The translations under genes and the position numbers were made by a program. The notes beneath the pieces were generated by a model. The model searched no databases and had not been told where the DNA came from. It saw only the letters and a list, made by a program, of their open reading frames with translations. Positions 20,796-30,098 of a stretch of 64,000 nt of DNA are shown here, one piece after another; the first letter of the stretch is position 1; every line of letters begins with the position of its first letter. Where the stretch lies: the NCBI GenBank assembly GCA_965263355.1, contig CBDHHL010000049.1, forward strand, positions 160,001-224,000, read 5' to 3'. This stretch comes from Leptolyngbyaceae cyanobacterium (GTDB lineage: Bacteria > Cyanobacteriota > Cyanobacteriia > Phormidesmidales > Phormidesmidaceae).

Positions 20796-22091
20796 ATGAA
20801 ACCTCATATTAAGCTGACCTTAAAACAGGATATTGTTCCCGATCAGATTCCGTATTGGGAGGATGTAGCCTCTGGAAAAGCTACTGCTCCAACTTCTATC
20901 TTGCCTGCGATTGATCAGGTGATTAAACAATATGGTTGTTCTGTAAGAGTTACGAGAGAATATCAGCCTGCTAGTAAAACCTGGGGCCAGGATGAGCGTA
21001 TCAGTGGGTTTAATCGAGTGTATCGCCTGATTTTGAGGCGAAAAACAGCTATTCCACCTGAGATGATACGCGCGATCGCAGCGCTGCCCATAGTCGCAGC
21101 GGTGACACCAAGTAAAGTAGCCACAGCTGTTCTGCCTTCGGTGATGGCACATTCTTTTTCCCTGGAGACCAATCAGCGATCGCGAGATGCGATCTATCTA
21201 CCAGAGGCCCATCACTACAGCCGGGGCAATTCGCAAATCACTGTGGCCGTGCTGGATACAGGGGTTGATCTCGATCATCCTGAGTTAACTGAAGCACTGT
21301 TGCCAGGCCATGACTTCGTCAACATTATTAATGGGGCCAGGAAGTTTGTTGGAGACTATTTAGGCTATGACGCCGACCCTGATGATGAGGTTGGGCATGG
21401 CACCCATGTAGCTGGCATTATTGCGGGTCAGGGATTAGCCATGCCGCTAGGGGTGGTGCCCCGCTGTAAGATTTTGCCCGTGAGAGTTTTGGGGGCGATG
21501 AAGAGAGGGTCTAAACGAGTCGGGGCAGGGTTGTTAGACAACATCAACGTCGGCATTAAATGGGCAATTGATCAGGGCGCGCATGTGATCAACATGAGCC
21601 TGGGCATTAAGCATACTGGGGGGGGACTACCGCATCAAGAGGTAGTGGAGTATGCCCGACGGAAGGGGGTTACGATCGTAGCCGCCTCTGGCAATGATGG
21701 GCAGGAAGAACGCTACTATCCCGGTGCCCTGCCCCATGTAATTACAGTGGGCGCGGTGGATGACATGGGCCAGATGGCAGCTTTTTCCACCTATGGACAG
21801 CAGGTGGATTTGGTCGCCCCCGGTACGGATATTTACAGTGCCTATCGCGGCCAGACCTATGGCTTTTCCACCGGCACATCCCATGCGACTCCCTTTGTGA
21901 CAGGGGCCGTGGCGTTATTAAAGTCCTATGCCTGGACCCATGGGGGAGTTTATTTGTTGGATCAGCAGGTTAAATATCTGCTGCAACAAACCACGGACAA
22001 AGTCGACCACCATTTCAAACACCGCAAAGCTGGGTTTGGTCAACTTAACCTTATTGATGCCTTGCGATTACTGGATTACAAACTGAGGTGA
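20796..22091 (+). CDS. S8 (subtilisin-like) serine protease with N-terminal prodomain, no signal peptide
   Basis: Catalytic motifs VAVLDTG (Asp), GHGTHVAG (His) and STGTSHATP (Ser), plus oxyanion AASGND. Confidence 0.95.
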   Translation: MKPHIKLTLKQDIVPDQIPYWEDVASGKATAPTSILPAIDQVIKQYGCSVRVTREYQPASKTWGQDERISGFNRVYRLILRRKTAIPPEMIRAIAALPIVAAVTPSKVATAVLPSVMAHSFSLETNQRSRDAIYLPEAHHYSRGNSQITVAVLDTGVDLDHPELTEALLPGHDFVNIINGARKFVGDYLGYDADPDDEVGHGTHVAGIIAGQGLAMPLGVVPRCKILPVRVLGAMKRGSKRVGAGLLDNINVGIKWAIDQGAHVINMSLGIKHTGGGLPHQEVVEYARRKGVTIVAASGNDGQEERYYPGALPHVITVGAVDDMGQMAAFSTYGQQVDLVAPGTDIYSAYRGQTYGFSTGTSHATPFVTGAVALLKSYAWTHGGVYLLDQQVKYLLQQTTDKVDHHFKHRKAGFGQLNLIDALRLLDYKLR

Positions 22092-22243
22092 GTCGTGGAT
22101 TTACAGTCGAGATGGATTCAAGCAGAAACAACTAGAGCTAAAGATTTCCTCAAAGGGTTTCTATTGAGGATAAGCATCCGGACTTCAAATCGGCACACCC
22201 GCTGATTGATATGACGAAGTAATATCACACATCGAGGTAAACC

Positions 22244-23740
22244 ATGATGATACAGAAGAGATGGAGTAAAGCAGGATCAAATAGTGATAAAGCACAACAA
22301 GAAGTTGTCCAAGCAATCGCCGTTGATAAATCTGGAAATCTCTATGCAGCAGGTTATCGCACTGCAGCAACTAACAGAAAATATGCCTGGATTGGCCACT
22401 ATGATGTTGATTCAGGAAAATTCACCGAACTCGATGACTTAAAAAGAGAGACTAACGATGCTCAGGTATCAGTCTCAGCCATTGCCCTGGGTAACAATAA
22501 CCGCCTTTACGTAGCAGGGACCACCAAGGTCGTGTTTGGTTCTACGAGTATAGACAAAGGAGCAATCTTTGAGACTGATAAGGGGGAGCCGCTAGATCCT
22601 AAATCTGATAATCTTCTCAGCAATAAGGGCGCTTTAAATCACGTTTGGGTTGCTGAATATGTAGTCACTCAGCAAAGTAATGGCCAATGGAAGGCTGCTC
22701 AAAAGTGGGTGGTTGTGCTTAATCATCATGGTGATCAAGACGTCCATAGTATTGTGACTGATGGTAGTAGCGTTTATTTAACCGGGTCAACCAACACTAA
22801 CTTCTCCACAAGTGTGCCCAGTCCATACCCAACACCCAGTAGCCCCACAACTGCATGGGTGGCAAAAGTTACAGGAGGACAACACACAACTAATTGGATT
22901 GATCAAGTTTATCCAATTGAATCCGATAAAACCAGCAAGAATAGCAGAGGTCTCAACGTTCTTATTAATGGGAGTGGCAACTTAGAGGTCATAGGAGTAA
23001 GAGATAATACCCCTCATCCCACTGCATACTCAATTTGGGTGGCCGAATATAATCTCAATAAATACAATTCTAGCACTAGGGAGGGAAAGTCACTAACATC
23101 ACCTTCTAACATGTCTCTCAGTAAGGCAGTTCACGAAGACGTTACTGATATCACAACAGATGGTCAGCATATTTATGTTGCAGGACACACTGTAGATAGT
23201 CCTGTAGGATTTAGTTCAGCATTTTCACCATTTAAAGTTGGCGGCAAATGGCACTTTGTGGCTGGATTTGATATTAGTACTGGTAGGGAACTTTGGCCTT
23301 TAGAGAATAATCTAATCCTTAAAAACAGTGGCGGAGCTATTCAGAAAACAGCGATCGCTGTCCATGGCCAAAATCTTTATGTGACAGGGGATAACGTTTC
23401 TGCCGCAGCTGCGTGGGTGGCGAATATCGATGCTTTTACAGGGGAGCATTATGGGATTACCGACATATCTTTGTTAAAGCAACCTAATCATGACCAAGAT
23501 GCCTATGCAATTGCTGCCAATGATTTTGGTATTTACATTGCGGGAAGTACAGCCCAAAAATCGAACGGCGTGGTGGCCAGACTGGTAACTCATCTCAATG
23601 TCATCCTGGAGTATATCCGCAAAGCTTCTCGTCCTAGTTCTGTTTCTAGCGGTGTGAGACCCCCATTAGAAACAGAACTAGGAATTCCGACTTCACCTGT
23701 GCGCACAATCCTCAAGCACATCGGTTATCCGATTGCTTAA
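22244..23740 (+). CDS. Beta-propeller (SBBP-like repeat) protein
   Basis: Repeated blades: AIAVDKSGNLYAAG, AIALGNNNRLYVAGTT, SIVTDGSSVYLTGST, DITTDGQHIYVAGHT, AIAVHGQNLYVTG, AIAANDFGIYIAGST. RBS GAGGT. Confidence 0.75.
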   Translation: MMIQKRWSKAGSNSDKAQQEVVQAIAVDKSGNLYAAGYRTAATNRKYAWIGHYDVDSGKFTELDDLKRETNDAQVSVSAIALGNNNRLYVAGTTKVVFGSTSIDKGAIFETDKGEPLDPKSDNLLSNKGALNHVWVAEYVVTQQSNGQWKAAQKWVVVLNHHGDQDVHSIVTDGSSVYLTGSTNTNFSTSVPSPYPTPSSPTTAWVAKVTGGQHTTNWIDQVYPIESDKTSKNSRGLNVLINGSGNLEVIGVRDNTPHPTAYSIWVAEYNLNKYNSSTREGKSLTSPSNMSLSKAVHEDVTDITTDGQHIYVAGHTVDSPVGFSSAFSPFKVGGKWHFVAGFDISTGRELWPLENNLILKNSGGAIQKTAIAVHGQNLYVTGDNVSAAAAWVANIDAFTGEHYGITDISLLKQPNHDQDAYAIAANDFGIYIAGSTAQKSNGVVARLVTHLNVILEYIRKASRPSSVSSGVRPPLETELGIPTSPVRTILKHIGYPIA

Positions 23741-23800
23741 TGAGACAAATTAATCCGACGATCTTCAAGGATAAATACTCTATTTAATGGAGAAACAATA

Positions 23801-25570
23801 ATGAATCAAACCAGTTCTGTTGATGCAATCTTACAGGTCAACGCACCTAACATTCCTCTTGATACTTATACTCAAAAGGCTCTAGAAGAATTAGCCGCTA
23901 TGCTGCGATCAGAAGCAAGTCAAGGAAAGGAGCAAATAAAGTCTCAAGGATTAACTAGTAGGGTCTCTCAGGTTACCGCACAGTTAAATGCGACATCTTT
24001 GAAGGGGGTAACCCAACTCCTTCTCTCAAACAAAACTATCTACTCGGCTATGCTTTGTAGGGCCCTCAAAGAGGGGGCGAATGACGAACAGGCTCTGCAA
24101 AACGCTGTTTTACGATACCTTGAAGATGTCAAAAAGGTGCTCTACGCTCGAATGATTGATCTTGTGCGTGCGGACAATCACATTGACATTAAGCAAGACA
24201 CAAACAAGTGGCAGATGCTCGGGGAGTTGGTTCTAGCACAGGGAATTCCCATTGAATCAGGGAAGGTGAAACCTGCTGTGTTAGGTATGTTTAACACGAT
24301 TCATGAGCGGGGACTGCTGGACTATTACCTGGATGAATATATCAAGCGGGGGGAAATCGAGCCAAGTAAGTTCACCCCTGCCATCAAGACCAAGATGCTG
24401 GATCATCTGGTCAAGCTCAATCTGAAGATAAATGACAACCTTAGCGTTGCCCAACAAACAGCCTATGATGAGTATTTTGCCTTAGCTTACAGTGAGGCGA
24501 TTGGCAGTGGTTCAGCAACCAACGATCCCATTGACCAGGTTTATACAACTGGCTTTAAGAATAGCTGGGATTTTACCGTTGATGATCTCACGAAGTACGA
24601 CAAGCAAAATGTTGAACCCGAGAACATTCTGGCTGCCGGAGCCCTGGATTATATTTACTGTGTGGGTGAGGCAATGCGGGTTTTCGATGCAACCGATGCT
24701 CTGGTTTTACGCTGGGCCAGCGGTCTGTTAGATATTCCCGATGGTTCTACAGCCTCGGCCCTTTATCGGTATTACAAACGCCGGGACGATCGCTCCTCAG
24801 CCGAAGAGCGGGCCATGCTCTACAAGCGTGTGCTAAACCGAGGCAACGGCCAGCTGCTGACGCGCATGGTCGCCAATACTGGCTTTACCGATTTGTGGAA
24901 TGAACTTATGCAGGCTGTCATGGCCTACATCCGCAAGTCAGAGCACAAAGTCTATTGGAACTCCTGGCAAGACAACGGTTTGTCCTTGACCCACATCTAC
25001 CGCGTCACCGAAGACTTGCAATATAATCTCACCCTGCATATGACTGGGATGGCCCATCTGCAAGTGACGGAAGACTATCACCATCTTAAAGAAGCCCTCG
25101 ATATTATCAGCAGTCATGATATCCGCAACTACTATGGCGGCAGCAATCGCCAGAGCGTGTGGAACACCATTGCTCGGATTGTGCAGGAAGAGTTCCACGC
25201 TGGTCTCAATACTGAAGTCATCAAAACCATGGCCACTGAAGGCAATAAGGTGTTCCAGTGGTTGGCCAACTTTAATGAAAACACCGTAACAGCCGCTCAG
25301 TTTCAAACCTTTGCCAAAGCTGCCGAAGCCTGGGCGATCGCTCAATCAAGCCTCAGTGGCGGGCGTGTCGCTTATCACCCCCACTACGAATTACCCGGTG
25401 CCTCTCTGCCTGTACCGGCTGGTTACCACTCCAATGGTTATGGCCACCGCCACGGCCATGGATATTTGGGTCATAACGCGCTGCCTGGGGCCGACTTTAA
25501 CGGCAGCCACGGGCTGTCACAGGCGGAGGCTGTTTACGCCGATGCCAGTGATGAGTTTGACCAATGGTAA
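23801..25570 (+). CDS. Hypothetical, largely alpha-helical protein with a His/Gly-rich tail
   Basis: 589-aa ORF with RBS GGAG. The tail GYGHRHGHGYLGH...AEAVYADASDEFDQW looks disordered. Confidence 0.85.
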   Translation: MNQTSSVDAILQVNAPNIPLDTYTQKALEELAAMLRSEASQGKEQIKSQGLTSRVSQVTAQLNATSLKGVTQLLLSNKTIYSAMLCRALKEGANDEQALQNAVLRYLEDVKKVLYARMIDLVRADNHIDIKQDTNKWQMLGELVLAQGIPIESGKVKPAVLGMFNTIHERGLLDYYLDEYIKRGEIEPSKFTPAIKTKMLDHLVKLNLKINDNLSVAQQTAYDEYFALAYSEAIGSGSATNDPIDQVYTTGFKNSWDFTVDDLTKYDKQNVEPENILAAGALDYIYCVGEAMRVFDATDALVLRWASGLLDIPDGSTASALYRYYKRRDDRSSAEERAMLYKRVLNRGNGQLLTRMVANTGFTDLWNELMQAVMAYIRKSEHKVYWNSWQDNGLSLTHIYRVTEDLQYNLTLHMTGMAHLQVTEDYHHLKEALDIISSHDIRNYYGGSNRQSVWNTIARIVQEEFHAGLNTEVIKTMATEGNKVFQWLANFNENTVTAAQFQTFAKAAEAWAIAQSSLSGGRVAYHPHYELPGASLPVPAGYHSNGYGHRHGHGYLGHNALPGADFNGSHGLSQAEAVYADASDEFDQW

Positions 25571-25639
25571 GTCCCATCCAAACATGTCTGGGCATCGCAT
25601 CCGTGGGCATTGCAACCACAGTACTGAATAGGAATTGAG

Positions 25640-26701
25640 ATGATGACCAACAATGGAAACTTAATGGAACAGGCTAAGCAATTAGCCCGTGAAGAATTTA
25701 GTCGCGATCAAACCTTCCAAAAGCTCGATCGTAGCCAACAGTTTGAACTGTATCGCGATCGCGTAAATGACATCCACAACCAGCTTGCCCAACAACAAAC
25801 TGTGTCGGATGCCATGTCAGCGGACCAACTCGTAAATAAGAAATTTCTCCAAAACCAACGGATTGATCAGGAAGGTGAGCAGGCCGGTAGAGTGCTGCGG
25901 GACGTAAATTTCCCCAAGTTTGTTAAAGATCTGCTCAAAGGGGTGTTTGACGCCAATTTGACAGTGATGAAGGAGCAGATGGAATCCTACGTGGATTTGG
26001 TCGAGAAAATCACCAAGCCAGCCAGCGAGTTTATTAAGACCATTGACGATGTTGCGGCCTACACCTTTATGGCGGAAAGCCAGCCCAATCGTTTCCAGTT
26101 GTTACCGCCAAAGGCTCCCTCAAACCTGCCGGGGGGAACTCCGCCGGGTGTGGGAAGTGTTCCTCAGCTATCCACCAGTAGCGGCACGCAATTGGCGGAT
26201 AAGGACGGTAATCCACTGAGTAAAGACGATATCCGTGGGGAGGTAATGCAGGCCAAACTACAGCTTGCCAATCAGCATCAGCAGTTGTTGGAAGAGATGT
26301 TGCTGATGGGGGTCACCCGTCTAGTCGTAGACCACGGTAAGGTGAAGGCCAGCGTTGATTTCCAAATTAAAGCCCATGAGGCTCTCAATGCAAGCGATAG
26401 TGCCTACGAAAACAAGCAACACTCCCAAACAAAAGGCTTTCATCTTGGTTACTCACCCTTTTTTCGGGGACCCTCTTTTGGTATTAGTCACTCCAAGACC
26501 AACACCCAAATCCAGATTTCAACTGCGGGTGCTACTGGTACCGGAACAACGGACGAAACGACCAAGGTCCATGGCGAAGTGGAAATCAACTTCAAGTCAG
26601 ATTACTTCAAGTTGGATAATTTCCGCGATATCTTAGCCCAGACTAAACCCAAAACGGACCAGAAAGACAAGACCCAACCGGTTGACCAATCGGAGTCTTA
26701 A
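25640..26701 (+). CDS. Hypothetical protein: helical N-half plus long Ser/Thr-rich beta-hairpin-like C-half (candidate pore/tube subunit)
   Basis: 353-aa ORF. C-half VKASVDFQIKA...GFHLGYSPFFRGPSFGIS...TKVHGEVEINFKSDYF. Function is inferred only. Confidence 0.75.
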   Translation: MMTNNGNLMEQAKQLAREEFSRDQTFQKLDRSQQFELYRDRVNDIHNQLAQQQTVSDAMSADQLVNKKFLQNQRIDQEGEQAGRVLRDVNFPKFVKDLLKGVFDANLTVMKEQMESYVDLVEKITKPASEFIKTIDDVAAYTFMAESQPNRFQLLPPKAPSNLPGGTPPGVGSVPQLSTSSGTQLADKDGNPLSKDDIRGEVMQAKLQLANQHQQLLEEMLLMGVTRLVVDHGKVKASVDFQIKAHEALNASDSAYENKQHSQTKGFHLGYSPFFRGPSFGISHSKTNTQIQISTAGATGTGTTDETTKVHGEVEINFKSDYFKLDNFRDILAQTKPKTDQKDKTQPVDQSES

Positions 26702-26737
26702 ACGACATTAAGCAACGGTTAGCGGAGAGTAACCCCG

Positions 26738-27073
26738 ATGGCGCTGGCGATTTTGCACTACGAAGACAGCAATAGTACCCACTGCCGGTTTCGTATCGAC
26801 ATTGGCACAACAAATCGGTTCTATACCTATGCCATTGGCGATCATCGCATGTTGCAACGCCATGGTCTGGTGGTGTTTGCCCAGCCAAAGGTGGTTTCAC
26901 CTCTGTTGTCACTAGCGGCATACCGCCTGGGGCGGGGCGTTTTGACAATTCCCCACCCGCAGTTTGATACCCGTCATTGTTATGTGCAACTGATCAGCTA
27001 TCGAACCGCAGATAAACAGGGGCCAGCCCTGTCCACCATCATTAGGGTCCCGTTGTTCTCCTCCAGTCGATAA
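26738..27073 (+). CDS. Small hypothetical protein (beta-rich)
   Basis: 111-aa ORF with upstream GGAG, co-oriented within the cluster. Confidence 0.65.
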   Translation: MALAILHYEDSNSTHCRFRIDIGTTNRFYTYAIGDHRMLQRHGLVVFAQPKVVSPLLSLAAYRLGRGVLTIPHPQFDTRHCYVQLISYRTADKQGPALSTIIRVPLFSSSR

Positions 27074-27087
27074 CATGCGGGTCTCGG

Positions 27088-27126
27088 TCTGTTATTCCAA
27101 TCTGTTATCTCAATCTGTTATCTCAA
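27088..27126 (+). repeat. 13-bp tandem repeat x3
   Basis: TCTGTTATTCCAA TCTGTTATCTCAA TCTGTTATCTCAA in the intergenic gap. Confidence 0.85.
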
Positions 27127-27172
27127 TGGCAACCGCGATCGCAATTGTCATGTCTTTCTCCCATCTGTAATT

Positions 27173-28882
27173 TTGTTTATCCGTGAAGCAATGACCATGG
27201 ATCACCAACCCACTTACACCATGTCTTTTGCCTACGACGAAATCCGCCCTGACACCTACAGTCTGGGCCAGGGATTCTTAGGCAAGTTATTCAAAGGGGC
27301 TACCAAAGTCATATCCGGGGTTGTCAAAGGCGTATCCCACGCCATCCCTGTGGTCAGCAAGCTTGCCGGGAAGCTATTACCGGCCCTTATGCCTGCGTTA
27401 GAACCCGTTTTGGGTAAAAAAGGGGCCTCCCTGGTGGGGCAACTGGCTGGCATTTTAGGCGGCAGCGGCGGCAAGATAACGGATGTTCTCAAAGACCCTG
27501 CCAAAGTAGCCCAAATCGCTAAGCTTCTAAAGACGACTGGCCTGACGCAAAAACTGGCTCATGCGAAGGGAGAACCAGTGGAGGCCATGGGGCATTCGTA
27601 CGGTTTTTCTCAAGGGTATGGGGCCATGGCCCCCACCTATGGGGAATACGGATACCCCGATGAAGAATACCAACACCCCGAGCGCATCCTAACCCAGCTG
27701 CTGGAACATTCGCTGCACCCAGAAACGTTGCAGGGACTGATGGTCGATACCCTACGTCCTGCCGTTATGCGAGGGATGGTGGTCCATGGCCTTATAGATA
27801 CCTTTAAGCTAATTCCAGGGTTTCCTGATGCGTTGGAGCGGATGGTAACAGAAGAGTCATGGTCCACAGGTCAACCACCCGCGATCGCAGGGCTGGCCTC
27901 CCACTCTCCCGAATACCCCTACCATCGGGTGGAAGCCGTCACCCTGCATTTTACGGATATTGAACCGCTGAGCGTAGGCGGGCGATCGCGGGTGCTTTAC
28001 TACATCGGGGATGACCTGGCGTTTCCCCTGGAACTAGAGACACCTCGCCCCATCCGCCACGGGACACTGCAGATTTTGGTCAAGTGTCCCGAGACGCTAA
28101 AGGTGATGGTGGAGCAAACGTTTCAGCTCCATCACCTCGTGTCAGGTGAGCTAGATACAGTACCTTACCTGAGCCGGTCCCAGCTGCGATCGCTCCAACC
28201 CAATGCCGAGTATCTGATCTGTGCCGTTTTGACCTGGACGGCGCGCTCCAGCCAGAGCGGGCACGAACGACGCTTAGGCACCAGCACCAGTGTGTTAGCG
28301 ACGCTGATGGGCAACTATATTTTTGACCAGCTAGACGGGGTTACTGAGACCTTTGCCCTCAACGATCCCCAGACGCATCGCCCCTACTGGCATAAAGTCT
28401 GGACGGGCGGGATGGCCACCGATGACCAAACCCTGGCCCTAGATTGCAAATACTATTACGTCCTGGAGGCTGAGCCATCTCAGCATGCCCGCATGGAAAC
28501 CCTTATCCGCATGGATGCCCACGGCGGCGATGCCTCCGGTAAATTAAAAACGGGGTTGGTATTGAGTCTCACCCAGCTCAATCAGCTAGCGGCCTGGATG
28601 TTCGAGCAGCCCCCCCTGGACACTGACGAAATCGTCGCCCTGGCCTGTTGTGAATTTTGCGATCGCTTTCACCAATTAGCCCGCACCCAGGTGACTTTTA
28701 CCGGCGACGCTGGCGATCGCGCCACCCTTTGGGTCTATCCCGAATTCGATCAGCAGCGAGTGGTGCTAAAGCAGGTTAGCGATCGTGATGCCAATGGCCG
28801 CGTACAACAACTTGTTGACCACATTATTCAGTTCCCCATACCAACAACCGCTCACTTTGTAGGCACCACTACCGCCGTCTAA
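27173..28882 (+). CDS. Hypothetical protein with N-terminal cationic amphipathic segment and beta-rich C-terminal domains
   Basis: 569-aa ORF (true start may be ATG 27191 or 27197), containing FLGKLFKGATKVISGVVKGVSHAIPVVSKLAGKLL. Confidence 0.8.
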   Translation: MFIREAMTMDHQPTYTMSFAYDEIRPDTYSLGQGFLGKLFKGATKVISGVVKGVSHAIPVVSKLAGKLLPALMPALEPVLGKKGASLVGQLAGILGGSGGKITDVLKDPAKVAQIAKLLKTTGLTQKLAHAKGEPVEAMGHSYGFSQGYGAMAPTYGEYGYPDEEYQHPERILTQLLEHSLHPETLQGLMVDTLRPAVMRGMVVHGLIDTFKLIPGFPDALERMVTEESWSTGQPPAIAGLASHSPEYPYHRVEAVTLHFTDIEPLSVGGRSRVLYYIGDDLAFPLELETPRPIRHGTLQILVKCPETLKVMVEQTFQLHHLVSGELDTVPYLSRSQLRSLQPNAEYLICAVLTWTARSSQSGHERRLGTSTSVLATLMGNYIFDQLDGVTETFALNDPQTHRPYWHKVWTGGMATDDQTLALDCKYYYVLEAEPSQHARMETLIRMDAHGGDASGKLKTGLVLSLTQLNQLAAWMFEQPPLDTDEIVALACCEFCDRFHQLARTQVTFTGDAGDRATLWVYPEFDQQRVVLKQVSDRDANGRVQQLVDHIIQFPIPTTAHFVGTTTAV

Positions 28883-28941
28883 GAGAGGCGCACAAAAATC
28901 TCTCCCCTTCTCCCCAACCGACTCATCCACGGAGCAAACCC

Positions 28942-29223
28942 ATGTCCTCTCCCTCTCCCCCACCCTTGCACTCCCCCTTCTCCCAGGTTGTAGAACAACT
29001 CACCGGCTGGGAAGCCCCCCTCGAAGATTCAACCTGGGGGCATCGTCTCACCGTGGACGCCTTAAAGGTGACTATGCCCATAGAACTGAGCATTGACGTC
29101 GACAATACCGGCGCGGTCACAGTCAACGGGTCGGCCCCCACCCAAACGGTCGAAACCACAATCATGCCAGTGTTTCATCGTGTGCGGATGCGTTTGACGG
29201 TGGACGAGGAAGCGACGCCATGA
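28942..29223 (+). CDS. Small hypothetical protein, Trypco-like pattern (short helix plus long beta strands)
   Basis: 93 aa, RBS GGAG, ATGA overlap with the next gene. LTVDALKVTMPIELSIDV...HRVRMRLTV resembles protease-co-occurring small domains; this resemblance is by eye. Confidence 0.65.
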   Translation: MSSPSPPPLHSPFSQVVEQLTGWEAPLEDSTWGHRLTVDALKVTMPIELSIDVDNTGAVTVNGSAPTQTVETTIMPVFHRVRMRLTVDEEATP

Positions 29224-29963
29224 ACACCACCAACCAGCCCTGGAACCTCAATTCCTTTATCGACGCGCTGATCTACGAACTCGATCGCGCCCACGATACT
29301 TTGTCAGTAAAAGGCACCAACCGCAAGCTCACCTATATGGTCAAAGACTTAGATCTGGACTTGCAGTTATTTCCCGAATTTGATGGAGATGCGGTTTACT
29401 TTACCACCGCTCAACCAGGTGACATCGGAGCCTCTAAAATCAGTGTGAAATTAGGGTCTATTCGCGACCATCAAATCCAGGAAATTGCCAAAAAACCTGT
29501 TAGCCATGCCGACATTGCCCTGGAAGAAACCCAACTACCGCTAGCCACGCGCAAAATCTTAAAGAAGCTAGGCATTCACTCCGCCGAAGACCTGCGCCAC
29601 ACCATCGAAGATCGCGGTATCGACCTAAACATTGCTACCGACGGCCAGGTCGATTACCAGCAGCTTACCGACATTCTCCACCAGGCCCACCGCCAGCACT
29701 ATCCACCGACCGTCGCCAGCGCCAAATTTGACCAGGTCGACGGCCAGCCCGTCCTCACCCTACAGGGCAAAAATCTCGCTGTCACCCAATCCACCAATGG
29801 CTTTCCCGCCGCCCTGCTCGATGGCCACCCCATCCCGATGTTGACTGCCAGGGAAGATGAGATTCAGTTTCAGCTTGACCCGCAACAACTGCACAATCGC
29901 CCCGGACAGTTAAAAGTAGCACTGGACCCGTATGCGGTGGTGGCGATGAAATTGGCGGTTTGA
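29220..29963 (+). CDS. Hypothetical protein: Trypco-like N-domain, HhH-like helix pair, Ig/TIG-like C-domain
   Basis: N-domain LNSFIDALIYELDRA...YMVKDLDLDLQL...ASKISVKL; middle RKILKKLGIHSAEDL; C-domain VLTLQGKNL...GQLKV. Translationally coupled to the upstream gene. Confidence 0.7.
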   Translation: MNTTNQPWNLNSFIDALIYELDRAHDTLSVKGTNRKLTYMVKDLDLDLQLFPEFDGDAVYFTTAQPGDIGASKISVKLGSIRDHQIQEIAKKPVSHADIALEETQLPLATRKILKKLGIHSAEDLRHTIEDRGIDLNIATDGQVDYQQLTDILHQAHRQHYPPTVASAKFDQVDGQPVLTLQGKNLAVTQSTNGFPAALLDGHPIPMLTAREDEIQFQLDPQQLHNRPGQLKVALDPYAVVAMKLAV

Positions 29964-29965
29964 TA

Positions 29966-30080
29966 GAAGTAACGAGTTGCGAGTAACAAGTTGCAAGTAA
30001 TAACAACTAAGCATCAGCGACTAAGAACCAACAACTAAATAAACGTTTTTCACTTTTTACTTTTCACTTTTCACTTTCCC
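29966..30080 (+). repeat. Degenerate cyanobacterial heptamer tandem repeats (STRR-like)
   Basis: AGTAACG AGTTGCG AGTAACA AGTTGCA AGTAATA, followed by TTTTCAC/TTTTTAC units. Confidence 0.7.
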
Positions 30081-30098
30081 CCTCCCTTTTTCTCTCCC

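Noticed and set aside
26738..27200. The 111-aa and 569-aa ORFs as one broken gene
   Set aside because: Possible given the tandem repeat in the gap, but stops intervene and the later ORF has its own ATGs. It cannot be supported without homologues.
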